A stretch of DNA of 64,000 bases from an uncultured beta proteobacterium (lineage in GTDB: Bacteria > Pseudomonadota > Gammaproteobacteria > Burkholderiales > Casimicrobiaceae), in NCBI GenBank assembly GCA_963713275.1, contig CAVQLG010000013.1, positions 38,639 through 102,638 on the forward strand, written 5' to 3'. Below, in pieces: positions 1-11,947 of this stretch (its first letter is position 1; the number at the start of each line of letters is the position of its first letter). A program made the translations under genes and the position numbers. A model generated the notes under the pieces. That model saw only the letters and a list, made by a program, of their open reading frames with translations, had not been told where the DNA came from and made no database searches.

Positions 1-1
1 G

Positions 2-1240
2 CCGGTCGCCTACACCGTCATGCTCGAGCCGCACGACAAGACCTGGCTGTTTGCCCTCGACTTCCCGGTGGCTCCGCCGACACTTGCCGCTGACGCCGGC
101 GATGAGACGAACGAACCGCAACTCGCGCTGCTGACGCGCGACCAGCAACTCCTTGCGCGCGCCCCGATCACGCAGCCCCTGCGCTACCACCAGCTGTCGG
201 TGCCGCGCAGTTCGTTCTCGGCAGGCGACGGCCGCTGGCGGGCCGAGGAAGTCGCGACCAACCTCCAGCTGCCGGCGGATTTCGCCCGCAGGCAGCCGCG
301 CACCGCGCGACTGGCGCGCGAGCTTCGGGAACAGCATTCCGACGATGCCGAACTCGCGCAGGCGGTGCTCGACCGATTCACCTCCGAGCCGTTCGTCTAC
401 ACGCTTTTCCCGCCAGCGCTGGGCGCGAACGCCGTCGACGAGTTCCTCTTTGAAACCCGTCGAGGGTTCTGCGAGCACTACGCGAATGCGTTCGCCGTGC
501 TGCTGCGCGCGGCCGGCATCCCCGCCCGCATCGTGACCGGATACCAGGGGGGGGAAATGAATCCCCGCGGCAGTTACATGATCGTGCGACAGTCCGACGC
601 GCACGCCTGGACCGAGGTGTTGATCGACCGGCAATGGCGGCGATTCGATCCGACCGCGGCGGTGTCGCCGTCGCGCATCGAGATGGGCATCGGCGGATCG
701 CTTCCGGCAGGGGAGCCGGTGCCGTTGCTGGCGCGGCTCGACAGCCATTGGGCCAAGACGCTGGGGCTCGCGTGGGACGCCGTCAACCACGACTGGCGGC
801 GGCTCGTGATCGGCTTCAACCACGAGCGACAGCGCTCGCTGTGGCGCGAGCTCGAGGTTGACCGCGTGCCGGCGTGGCAGATGGCAGCGTGGGCGATGGC
901 GATCGCCGCGGCCTGGCTGGCGCTGCTGCTGGCCTGGCTGGCGTGGCGACGGCGGCGCCGCGATCCGGTCCACGCCATGTGGAACGTCTTCTGCCGCCGG
1001 TTGAGCCGAGCGGGCGTGCCGCGCCACCCGTACGAGGGACCGCTCGACTATACGCAACGGGTCGCGCAACGATGGCCCGAGTTCGCGGCCGCGTTCGACG
1101 TCATCGGGGAAGCGTACGCCGAGCTTCGCTACGGTCCCGAAGCGAGCGTTGCCTCGAGCGCCACCCGCCGCGCGGCCGAAAGACGCCTGCGGCGGGCGCT
1201 GCAGGTGCTCCCCCGAGCTCGCGCGCTCGGTCGAGGCTGA
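2..1240 (+). CDS. Transglutaminase-like protein (TgpA/DUF3488-type), 5' end cut by window edge
   Basis: The frame of ORF 20..1240 stays open back to base 2. Transglutaminase Cys/His core motifs RRGFCEHYANAF and QSDAHAWTEV are present, followed by a hydrophobic TM segment (AAWAMAIAAAWLALLLAWLAW) and a C-terminal tail. Confidence 0.8.
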   Translation, partial: PVAYTVMLEPHDKTWLFALDFPVAPPTLAADAGDETNEPQLALLTRDQQLLARAPITQPLRYHQLSVPRSSFSAGDGRWRAEEVATNLQLPADFARRQPRTARLARELREQHSDDAELAQAVLDRFTSEPFVYTLFPPALGANAVDEFLFETRRGFCEHYANAFAVLLRAAGIPARIVTGYQGGEMNPRGSYMIVRQSDAHAWTEVLIDRQWRRFDPTAAVSPSRIEMGIGGSLPAGEPVPLLARLDSHWAKTLGLAWDAVNHDWRRLVIGFNHERQRSLWRELEVDRVPAWQMAAWAMAIAAAWLALLLAWLAWRRRRRDPVHAMWNVFCRRLSRAGVPRHPYEGPLDYTQRVAQRWPEFAAAFDVIGEAYAELRYGPEASVASSATRRAAERRLRRALQVLPRARALGRG

Positions 1241-1304
1241 ACCCCGGCGCGCCCGGCCCCCTACCCCGGACGCGCACGGCGACCCGCACGCGTCCGGTTA
1301 GCGG

Positions 1305-2477
1305 CTACCCCGGCGGCAGATACCGCAGCGGATCCACGGGCTTGCCCCGCTGCCGGATCTCGAAGTGCAGCTTCACCTGATCGGAATCGGTGCTGCCCAT
1401 CTCGGCGATCTTTTGTCCCTTGGCCACCTGCTGACCCTCCCTGACGAGGATCTCCTGGTTGTGTGCGTAAGCCGACAGGAAGGTCGCATTGTGCTTGACG
1501 ATGACCAGCTTGCCATACCCGCGCAGCCCGGTTCCGGCATAGACGACCTTGCCGGCCGCGCTGGCCACGACCGGCTGCCCCGCCTTGCCGGCGATGTCGA
1601 TGCCCTTGAGGTTCGCCGCATCCGAGAACCCGGTGACGACCTTGCCGGTCGCCGGCCACACCCAACTCAGGGCGTCCGGATCAGCCGCGGTGGCGCCTGG
1701 GGGCTTGCCCACCGTCGAATCCGCAGCTGTGGTCCTGGGCTCGCCCGCTGCGGACGCCCCGCTCGCCCCGGCCGGCGCCGCCGACGCGGCGGCAGCCGCC
1801 GGCGGTGCGGGCGAAGACGCGCTCGCCGGCGTTGACGCCGCCACGGCCGGTGCAGGAGGTGGCGCCGCGGCGACCGGAGCGGCGCCGGGCGGCGGGGACA
1901 CCGCCGCGCGCTGCAGTTCGCGCATCGCCTGCTCCGAGTACGGCTCCTTGACCGCCTTGGGCGAGGACTTGTACGTGTCCGCGCTGCGCGGTCCTGGCAT
2001 CGCGAGCGGCTGCGCCGAGGGCGACGGGACCGGGCGCGCGTCGCCGGGCGGCACCGGCGGCACCGTGCGCAGCGGCATCGTCACCGCGCCCGCGCCCGCC
2101 GGCGTGCCCGGCGGCCCGGGATCCCCCGGTGCGGTCAGCCGCAGGACCTGGCCGACGCGGATCAGATTGGGGTTGTCGAGACCGTTCCAGGTTGCGAGTT
2201 CGTGGTAATCGAGGCCGTGATCGAGTGCGATCGCGTGCAGCGTGTCGCCGCGCTTCACCGTGTAGGTCTGCGGCCGCCAATCCGGCTCCTGCGCCTTCTC
2301 CTGCGGCATCGGTGCGGAAGCCGTGACCGGCGCACGCGGCGGCGGAGGCGATCGGTCGACGACCGGTGCCGGGGCACGCGTGGCGCAGGCAGCAAGCAGC
2401 AACGCCACCGTGCAGCCGGCGGCGATCGCCGCGCGCGAGCGCTGTCTGCGAACGATGGTGAGCGCAAAGCCTCGCAT
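1305..2477 (-). CDS. nlpD: Murein hydrolase activator NlpD (LysM + M23 peptidase lipoprotein)
   Basis: LysM motif YTVKRGDTLHAIALDHGLDYHELATWNGL. M23 domain GIDIAGKAGQPVVASAAGKVVYAG...KLHFEIRQRGKPVDP. Lipobox LLLAAC. ATG at 2477 is preferred over the TTG at 2483. Lies downstream of surE-pcm. Confidence 0.9.
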   Translation of the reverse strand: MRGFALTIVRRQRSRAAIAAGCTVALLLAACATRAPAPVVDRSPPPPRAPVTASAPMPQEKAQEPDWRPQTYTVKRGDTLHAIALDHGLDYHELATWNGLDNPNLIRVGQVLRLTAPGDPGPPGTPAGAGAVTMPLRTVPPVPPGDARPVPSPSAQPLAMPGPRSADTYKSSPKAVKEPYSEQAMRELQRAAVSPPPGAAPVAAAPPPAPAVAASTPASASSPAPPAAAAASAAPAGASGASAAGEPRTTAADSTVGKPPGATAADPDALSWVWPATGKVVTGFSDAANLKGIDIAGKAGQPVVASAAGKVVYAGTGLRGYGKLVIVKHNATFLSAYAHNQEILVREGQQVAKGQKIAEMGSTDSDQVKLHFEIRQRGKPVDPLRYLPPG

Positions 2478-2509
2478 CGGCAAGTCGTCGGCCGTTCCGC
2501 CGCGGACGG

Positions 2510-3193
2510 TCAGGACAGTCCGGGCAGCAAAGGCACGAATCTTACCGCATCGAACGACTGCTCCCGATAGCCCGTCGGTCCGGCCTCGATCACCGTCAGA
2601 TACTGCGTGCCGTCGCCGTGCTCGCCGTGGCTCGCCAGCGGCAGCACCATGCGCCCGCCGGGCTTGAGGTACTTGAGCAGCGCGGTGGGAACGTGGCGGG
2701 CGCCGGCCGTGACGATGATCGCGTCCACCGCGAGATCCTCGCCGAGATCGGTCGACCCGTCGCCGTGCTTGAGCCGCACGTTCTTGAGCTTGAGCGATTG
2801 CAGATTGCGGCGCGCCTTGGCCACCAGCGCGGCGATGCGCTCGACCGTGTAGACCTCCGCGGCGACGTGCGCGAGCACCGCCGTCTGGTAGCCGCAGCCG
2901 GTGCCGATCTCCAGCACGCTGCCGAGTTCGCGGCCATTGCGGGCGAGCTCGGTCATTCGCGCCACCACCCAGGGCTGGGAAATGGTCTGGCCGCAGCCGA
3001 TGGGCAGCGGCGTGTCCTCGTAGGCACGGATGGCGAGCGCCTCGTCGACGAAGATGTGCCGCGGCACCGCGTTGATCGCCGAGAGCACGATCTCGTCGCG
3101 AATGCCCTGCTCGCGCAGGCGCTCGACCATCCGCGTGCGCGTGCGCGCGGACGTCATGCCGATTCCGGAGATCCTCTCGCCGAGCGTTCCCAT
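2510..3193 (-). CDS. pcm: Protein-L-isoaspartate O-methyltransferase
   Basis: Pcm signature GQTISQPWVVARMTE and SAM-binding VLEIGTGCGYQTAVLA. Sits in the conserved surE-pcm-nlpD order. Confidence 0.92.
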   Translation of the reverse strand: MGTLGERISGIGMTSARTRTRMVERLREQGIRDEIVLSAINAVPRHIFVDEALAIRAYEDTPLPIGCGQTISQPWVVARMTELARNGRELGSVLEIGTGCGYQTAVLAHVAAEVYTVERIAALVAKARRNLQSLKLKNVRLKHGDGSTDLGEDLAVDAIIVTAGARHVPTALLKYLKPGGRMVLPLASHGEHGDGTQYLTVIEAGPTGYREQSFDAVRFVPLLPGLS

Positions 3194-3217
3194 CGACCGC
3201 CTGACCTCCCCGAGATC

Positions 3218-3961
3218 CTAAGTGATGCCCATCCAGCGGGCGACCGAGGCCATCTGGTCGTGGTGGGTGAGATCGATCTGCAGCGGCGTCACCGACACGC
3301 AGTCGTGCTCGACCGCGTGGAAGTCCGTGCCCTCACCGGCGTCCGCGGCCGCGCCGGCAGCGCCCACCCAGTACACGGTTTCGCCGCGCGGGCTGCGCGT
3401 CTTGATGACGGCCTCGGCCTTGTGCCGGCGCCCGAGCCGAGTGATCCGGTAGCCGCGGACATCCTGGCGCGGAATGTCGGGAACGTTGACATTGAGCAGC
3501 CACGCCTCGGGTGCGGCGCCCGCGTGCCGGTCGACGAGCTCGACGGCGACGTTAGCCGCAGTCTCGAAGTGAGCACCGGTTTTCGAGGCGAGCGAGATCG
3601 CGAACGAAGGAATGCCGAGCAGGTAGCCTTCGGTCGCCGCGGCGACGGTACCGGAGTAGATGGTATCGTCTCCCATGTTGGCGCCGAGATTGATGCCGGA
3701 GAGCACCATGTCGGGAAGCGCATCCAAGAGCCCCGTCACCGCCAGATGCACGCAGTCGGTCGGCGTACCGTTGACGAAGAGGAAACCATTCGGCGCGCGG
3801 CGCACGATCAGCGGCCGGTCCAGCGTCAGTGAGTTGGACGCACCGCTGCGATCGCGCTCCGGCGCGACGACGGTGACCTCCGCTCGGGTCTTGAGCGCGG
3901 CGACGAGGCGCTCGATGCCGGGTGCGAAGTAGCCGTCGTCGTTGGAAACGAGGATATGCAT
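3218..3961 (-). CDS. surE: 5'/3'-nucleotidase SurE
   Basis: Canonical N-terminus [11 protein letters not shown] at the internal ATG 3961 (the ORF extends to 4093 but that upstream part is non-homologous). Motif [24 protein letters not shown]. Confidence 0.9.
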   Translation of the reverse strand: MHILVSNDDGYFAPGIERLVAALKTRAEVTVVAPERDRSGASNSLTLDRPLIVRRAPNGFLFVNGTPTDCVHLAVTGLLDALPDMVLSGINLGANMGDDTIYSGTVAAATEGYLLGIPSFAISLASKTGAHFETAANVAVELVDRHAGAAPEAWLLNVNVPDIPRQDVRGYRITRLGRRHKAEAVIKTRSPRGETVYWVGAAGAAADAGEGTDFHAVEHDCVSVTPLQIDLTHHDQMASVARWMGIT

Positions 3962-4071
3962 ATTCCCTGGGCCGGGGAGCGCGAGGACGAAAGGCGCGAA
4001 TGCGGGATTATAACCGCCGGAAGCTGCTGTCCCGGTGCCGCTGTCAGGCGCGCAACTCCGCACCGGGTTCC

Positions 4072-5781
4072 ATGCGCCCCCAGGTGAAGCCACGCGTCAG
4101 CGGCAACCGGTGGTTGATCGGGGCGGCGTGCACGCTGTCGGCGCTCGCCGCGCTGCCCGTGATCGCCGTGGTGGCGGTCGGTCTCGCCCCCGGGTCGGCC
4201 GCGACCTGGGCGCACCTCTTCGCCACGGTGCTGCCCGGTTACCTCGGCAACACGCTGCTGCTGGTTGCGCTGGTGGGCACCGGCGTCGCCTTCGGCGGCA
4301 CCGTGAGCGCGTGGCTCGTCACCAACCGGCGGTTCCCCGGATCCACGATCTTCGAGTGGGCGCTGCTGCTGCCGCTCTCGATGCCCGCCTACGTGCTGGC
4401 CTACGCGTATACCGACTGGCTCGAATTCGCGGGTCCGGTACAGACGTGGCTGCGCACGACGTGTGGCTGGTCGCGCGATGACTACTGGTTTCCCGACGTC
4501 CGCTCGACCGGCGGCGCGGCGGCGATGTTCATCGCCGTGCTCTATCCGTATGTCTATTTGCTCGCCCGCACCGCGTTTCTCGAGCGCCCCGCCTCGCTCG
4601 TCGAGGCTGCGCGGACGCTGGGCGAGACGCCGCGCGGCGCGTTTTGGCGGGTCGAGTTCCCGCTCGCGCGGCCGGCGATCGCCGGCGGCGTCGCGCTCGC
4701 GCTGATGGAGACGCTCGCCGACTACGGCACGGTCGCATACTTTGCCGTCGACACCTTCACAACCGGCATCTACCGAGCGTGGTTCGCGCTCGGCGACCGC
4801 GTCGCCGCAGCGCAGCTGTCGACGCTGCTGCTCGTGCTCGTCGTTGGGGCGGTCATCGTCGAGCGCCGCTCGCGGCGCGCGCAGCGCTTCGCCGGCGGAG
4901 CCCGGCAGCGCAGCATCAAGCCGCCGTTGCGTCCACGGCTCGCCGGCGGGCGCGGCTGGCTCGCGGCGGCCATGTGCGCGGCCCCGATCGTCGCCGGGTT
5001 CGCGCTGCCCGTGCTGCTGCTGCTGCGCCTGGCGATGCGCGAGCCGGAGCTGCTGCCGCTGGCGCGCTTCGCCGAGCTCGGATGGAACAGCTTCCGCGTG
5101 GCCGGCACGGCCGCCGCACTCGCGGTCGTGCTCGCCGTCGTCGTCGCGTACGCGCTGCGGCTCGCGCCGGGTCCGCTCACCCGCGCGGCGAGCCAGACGC
5201 TGGCGCTGGGCTACGCGGTGCCGGGCACGGTGCTCGCCGTCGGCGTGCTGCTGCCCGTCGGCGCGCTCGACGCCTGGGTTGCGCAAACGCTAAAGGCGCT
5301 CGCCGGCGTCAACCCCGGGCTCATCCTGACCGGCACCGTTGTCGCGCTGGTCTACGCCTACCTGGTCCGCTATTTCGCGGTGGCGTGGAACAGCATCGAA
5401 CCGGGATTCGCCCGCATCACGCCGAGCATGGACGCCGCAGCCCGCGGCATGGGCGCCGGCACCGCCGGCACGCTGCTTCGCGTCCACGCACCGCTGCTCG
5501 CGCGCAGCGCCGCGGCCGGTGCGCTGCTGGTGTTCGTCGACGTGATGAAGGAGCTGCCCGCGACGCTGGTGATGCGACCGTTCAATTTCGACACGCTGGC
5601 GACGCAGACGTACACGCTCGCCAAGGACGAGCGGCTCGCGGAGGCCGCGCTGCCCTCGCTCGCGATCGTGGCCGTGGGCGTGCTGCCGCTGCTGCTGCTC
5701 GCGCGGGCGGTGCGGGAAGGCTCCCATCGTCGCTCGCCGCCTGCGCGGCAGGACGCCGACGTGCGACCGCTCGCGCTCTGA
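4072..5781 (+). CDS. Iron(III)-type ABC transporter permease (FbpB-like, fused double TMD)
   Basis: About 570 aa polytopic protein with two MalFG-type halves (…[23 protein letters not shown]…, …[23 protein letters not shown]…). The start is uncertain (ATG 4072 chosen; ATG 4000 also possible). No ATPase gene is adjacent. Confidence 0.8.
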   Translation: MRPQVKPRVSGNRWLIGAACTLSALAALPVIAVVAVGLAPGSAATWAHLFATVLPGYLGNTLLLVALVGTGVAFGGTVSAWLVTNRRFPGSTIFEWALLLPLSMPAYVLAYAYTDWLEFAGPVQTWLRTTCGWSRDDYWFPDVRSTGGAAAMFIAVLYPYVYLLARTAFLERPASLVEAARTLGETPRGAFWRVEFPLARPAIAGGVALALMETLADYGTVAYFAVDTFTTGIYRAWFALGDRVAAAQLSTLLLVLVVGAVIVERRSRRAQRFAGGARQRSIKPPLRPRLAGGRGWLAAAMCAAPIVAGFALPVLLLLRLAMREPELLPLARFAELGWNSFRVAGTAAALAVVLAVVVAYALRLAPGPLTRAASQTLALGYAVPGTVLAVGVLLPVGALDAWVAQTLKALAGVNPGLILTGTVVALVYAYLVRYFAVAWNSIEPGFARITPSMDAAARGMGAGTAGTLLRVHAPLLARSAAAGALLVFVDVMKELPATLVMRPFNFDTLATQTYTLAKDERLAEAALPSLAIVAVGVLPLLLLARAVREGSHRRSPPARQDADVRPLAL

Positions 5782-5968
5782 CCGAGGCGCCGCGGGCTCT
5801 GCGCAGCATCGCCGTGCTCCGCCATTCGAACGACAGCCACAGCCAGTCGAAAAGGTGCCATACTGTTGCAAGGTCGTCGGCGGAGTGGTTTTCGTTTGCC
5901 GGCTACTGTGGCCTTCCGTCGTCGCCCTGGAGCGGTCCGCAGTCTAAATAACGCGGAAAGGGAAGGTC

Positions 5969-7570
5969 ATGAATTCATTTGAGCATCTCGTTGCTGCATT
6001 TGCAATGTGCTGTCTCGCGGGGGTTGCTCTGGCCGCGACGCAAGCCACGCTGACGGTGGGTGAGGCCAGTTCCGGCATCGCCGTCGACGCCAGTGTCAGG
6101 AAGGCGTTCGTTTCGAATTTCGCCACGGGGACGATTTCCGTCGTCGATCTCGATTCGCGCACCGTCAAGAACACGATTGCCGTTCGGGTCGGCGTCCGGC
6201 GGCCGCAAGTGAGCACGGCACTGAACCGGCTGTACGTCGTGTCCGACTCGACGCCCGGGTACATCACCGTTATCGACACCAAGTCCGAGCAGATCATCGC
6301 CGATGTCCCGGTCGGCAATCGCGCCTTTGAAATGGCCGCCGATTTCCAGGGCGGCGAGGTGTACGTGCGGAACTTCGGCAGCAACTCGATCTCGGTATTC
6401 AACACCGCGACCAATGCGGTGACGGCGACGATTGCGCTGCCGGCGCAGCCGACGAGCTTTACGCTCAACCCCAATGTCGGCAGGATCTACGTGCTCTTCA
6501 ACGCGACCAAGTCGGTCGGCGTCTACGATCAGAAGACCCGCGCTTTGCTCAAGTCGATACCCGTCGGCAACAACCCGACGGTAGTGGGCAGCAACGCGGG
6601 CCTTGGGCGGGTGCTGGTCCTCAACGTCAACGACAAGACGGTCTCCATCATCGACACCGCGACCGACACGGTGATCGCGACGGTACCTTCGGGAACCGGG
6701 ACCAGTTCCAATCTCTTCGAAATCAACTCGATCTACGGGAAAGCGTGGCTGCCGAATGCGATCGACGGCACCGTCACCGTCATCGATCTCGCAACGAACA
6801 CGGTGGCAGCGACCGTTCCGGTCGGCGCCACGCCAACCCAACCGCTCTCGGATGCCTCCGGCGGCGATGTCTACATCGTCAACCAGGGCTCGAACACCGT
6901 CTCGGTGCTCGACCCGGTCACCAATGGGGTGACGGCGACGATACCCGTGGGCGGGGCTCCGTGGCGGTTGACAGTCACACGTGTCAACGACTTGCTGCTG
7001 GTGTTGAACACCAATGGCAATAACACCAATACGCCGGACACGCTGACGATTGCCGACTTGAAGTACACGCGCAGCGGCACGCTCGTCGCGGTCGAGTACT
7101 ACCACGCCGATTTCGATCACTATTTCCATTCCGCCGAACCGGTTGAAGTCGGCAAGATAGACACCGGTCTCTTCGGCAACGACTGGAATCGCACCTTCCA
7201 GTTCTGGCGGGTCTGGACGCAGCCGGGCGAGGGCCGAGCGCCCGTCTGCCGCTTCTTCAGCCGGGGCTTCGACCCCAAGAGTTCCCATTTCTACACTCCG
7301 TACGCCGCGGAATGCGAGGGACTGAAAGCGGGAACGGTATGGCAATACGAGGGAACGGTCTTCTACGTCGCGCTACCGGATGCGACAGGCAACTGCGCCG
7401 CCGAAACGACACCGTTGTACCGCACGTACAACGATGGCCAGGGAGGCGCGCCCAATCATCGGTACATGATCTCGCGCGCGATCCGAGACGAGATGGTGGC
7501 GGACAAGAAATGGACAGCCGAAGGCAGCGGACCCGATGTCGTGTTCGCATGTCTGCCGCCCTTGCTGTGA
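5969..7570 (+). CDS. Secreted YVTN/YncE-type beta-propeller repeat protein with C-terminal Cys-containing repeat domain
   Basis: Signal peptide MNSFEHLVAAFAMCCLAGVALAATQA. Roughly 8 repeats of the pattern 'v.V.Dt.tn.v.atipVG..P'. The C-terminal ~170 aa carry three 'HyFxt...W.yEG..Fyv'-like modules (…SHFYTPYAAECE…, …PLYRTYNDGQGGAPNHRYM…). GC and codon usage are visibly lower than in the flanks. Confidence 0.75.
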   Translation: MNSFEHLVAAFAMCCLAGVALAATQATLTVGEASSGIAVDASVRKAFVSNFATGTISVVDLDSRTVKNTIAVRVGVRRPQVSTALNRLYVVSDSTPGYITVIDTKSEQIIADVPVGNRAFEMAADFQGGEVYVRNFGSNSISVFNTATNAVTATIALPAQPTSFTLNPNVGRIYVLFNATKSVGVYDQKTRALLKSIPVGNNPTVVGSNAGLGRVLVLNVNDKTVSIIDTATDTVIATVPSGTGTSSNLFEINSIYGKAWLPNAIDGTVTVIDLATNTVAATVPVGATPTQPLSDASGGDVYIVNQGSNTVSVLDPVTNGVTATIPVGGAPWRLTVTRVNDLLLVLNTNGNNTNTPDTLTIADLKYTRSGTLVAVEYYHADFDHYFHSAEPVEVGKIDTGLFGNDWNRTFQFWRVWTQPGEGRAPVCRFFSRGFDPKSSHFYTPYAAECEGLKAGTVWQYEGTVFYVALPDATGNCAAETTPLYRTYNDGQGGAPNHRYMISRAIRDEMVADKKWTAEGSGPDVVFACLPPLL

Positions 7571-7755
7571 CGCACCATTGATCCAGCGAGCAAGACCGCT
7601 ATTGCGCACCCTCCGTGGGTAGGCGGTTGATTCTGTAGGGGCTCTTCAGGAAGACTCGACAGTGCCGAGTGTGCCACGGGAGTCGTCTCATCGGGCCAAC
7701 CCCGTGGAGTCGATCTGGACAACCTGCCCCGTGTAGCTTGCGACGGATACGGGGC

Positions 7756-7785
7756 GTCGCCGGGCCCGCCGCCACGCCCGGCGAC
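7756..7785 (-). terminator. GC-rich hairpin just downstream of the fbpA-like gene
   Basis: gtcgccgggc / gcccggcgac form a 10-bp perfect stem with a 10-nt loop, 11 nt after the stop codon. There is no clear U-tract. Confidence 0.3.
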
Positions 7786-7796
7786 AACGTCGGGCG

Positions 7797-8855
7797 TTAC
7801 TTCCAGCCGCCGCGGTCGAGGAGCTTCTGCGCAGCCGGGGTGTTGCGTCCGAGCGTGGCGATCGGCAGCGGATCGGCCTTGAACGTGCCGAGCGACTCGA
7901 GCTCGGGGTTCTTCGCCACCGCGCTCTTCACCGCCGGCCACTCGTTGTTGCCGTTGGCGAAGTACGCCTGCGCCTCGTCGCTGGCGAGGTACTCGAGGAA
8001 GCGGCGCGCGTTCTCCGGGTGGGGTGCGTGCTTCAGCACGCCCGCACCCGCGACGTTGAGATGCGTCCCGAAGCTCGCCTGGTCGGGCCAGACGAGGCCG
8101 ACCTTGGCGACCCACTCGCGTTCCTCGGGCTTGGCCGAGCGCATCAGGCGCACGTAGTAGTAGCTGTTCGTCAGCGCGACGCCGCACTCGCCGGCGGCCA
8201 CCGCCTTGATCTGGTCGGTGTCGCCGCCGCGCGGCGTGCGCGCCATGTTGGCGACGACTCCGCGCGCCCAGGTTTCGGCCGCCGGCTCCCCCAGGTGCTC
8301 GATCAGCGCGGCGACGAGCGAGAGGTTGTACGGATGGCTGCCGGAGCGTGTGCAGACCCGGCCCTTGTTCTTCGGGTCGGCGAGCGACGCGTAGGTCGGC
8401 ACGTCGGCGCGGTTGACCGTGGCCTTGTTGTAGACGATCACTCGCGCCCGGCTGGAGAAGCCGAACCAGTGTCCCGCCGGATCGCGCAGCGCGGCCGGGA
8501 TCCGCTCCGCCAGCACCGTCGACTTGACCGGCTGGAACAGTCCCTGCTGCTGCGCCGACCACAGGCGGGCGGCGTCGACGATCAGCAGCACGTCGGCGGG
8601 GCTTTGCGCCGCCTCGGTGCGAATGCGCTCGAGCAGCTGGTCGTCGCCCGCCTCGATGCGGTTGATCCGGATGCCCGTAACTTTGGTGAAATTGGCGTAG
8701 AGGGCCTCGTCGGTCTGGTAGTGCCGCGCCGAATACAGGTTGAGCACCGGCTCCTCGGCGGCGTGGAGCACCGGCGCTGCGGCCAGCAGGACGGCGGCGA
8801 GCGCGCGGCGCGCGAGCAGGCGAAGGGTCGACAGACGCAGCGGGGGAGGTGTCAT
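7797..8855 (-). CDS. Fe(3+) ABC transporter periplasmic substrate-binding protein (FbpA/AfuA family)
   Basis: Starts at ATG 8855 (MTPPPLRLSTLRLLARRALAAVLLAAAPVLHA signal peptide). Motifs LNLYSARHYQTDEALY…, …ALTNSYYYVRL…. The upstream part of ORF 7797..9425 is non-coding overlap with ppc. Confidence 0.88.
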   Translation of the reverse strand: MTPPPLRLSTLRLLARRALAAVLLAAAPVLHAAEEPVLNLYSARHYQTDEALYANFTKVTGIRINRIEAGDDQLLERIRTEAAQSPADVLLIVDAARLWSAQQQGLFQPVKSTVLAERIPAALRDPAGHWFGFSSRARVIVYNKATVNRADVPTYASLADPKNKGRVCTRSGSHPYNLSLVAALIEHLGEPAAETWARGVVANMARTPRGGDTDQIKAVAAGECGVALTNSYYYVRLMRSAKPEEREWVAKVGLVWPDQASFGTHLNVAGAGVLKHAPHPENARRFLEYLASDEAQAYFANGNNEWPAVKSAVAKNPELESLGTFKADPLPIATLGRNTPAAQKLLDRGGWK

Positions 8856-9006
8856 GGCGAAGGACGATTGCAGTGAACGGAAGGCCCATTGTGCCCCCGG
8901 ACGCACCTTGCCGTCAATACGAATGCGACTGATTCCTATTCCTGTTGTGGTTCGAACGCAGGAACGGAACGCGGCGCCGGGCGCGCCGCCCGCGCCGCGC
9001 CCGGCT

Positions 9007-11778
<2,772 letters not shown>

Positions 11779-11947
11779 GGCGGCGGTCGGCAGGTGAGGG
11801 GGCAGCGCGCCGGCGCTGGCGCAGACGGCATGGCGCGGCGCAGCACGCGGAGCGATTGTAGCGATTTTGCGTCGGCGCCCCAATCGATTATGCTGCAGCG
11901 CATCCGGGCCGCGCTCCGGCGGCCCGCCTCCTCAGGACCCTGCCGCC

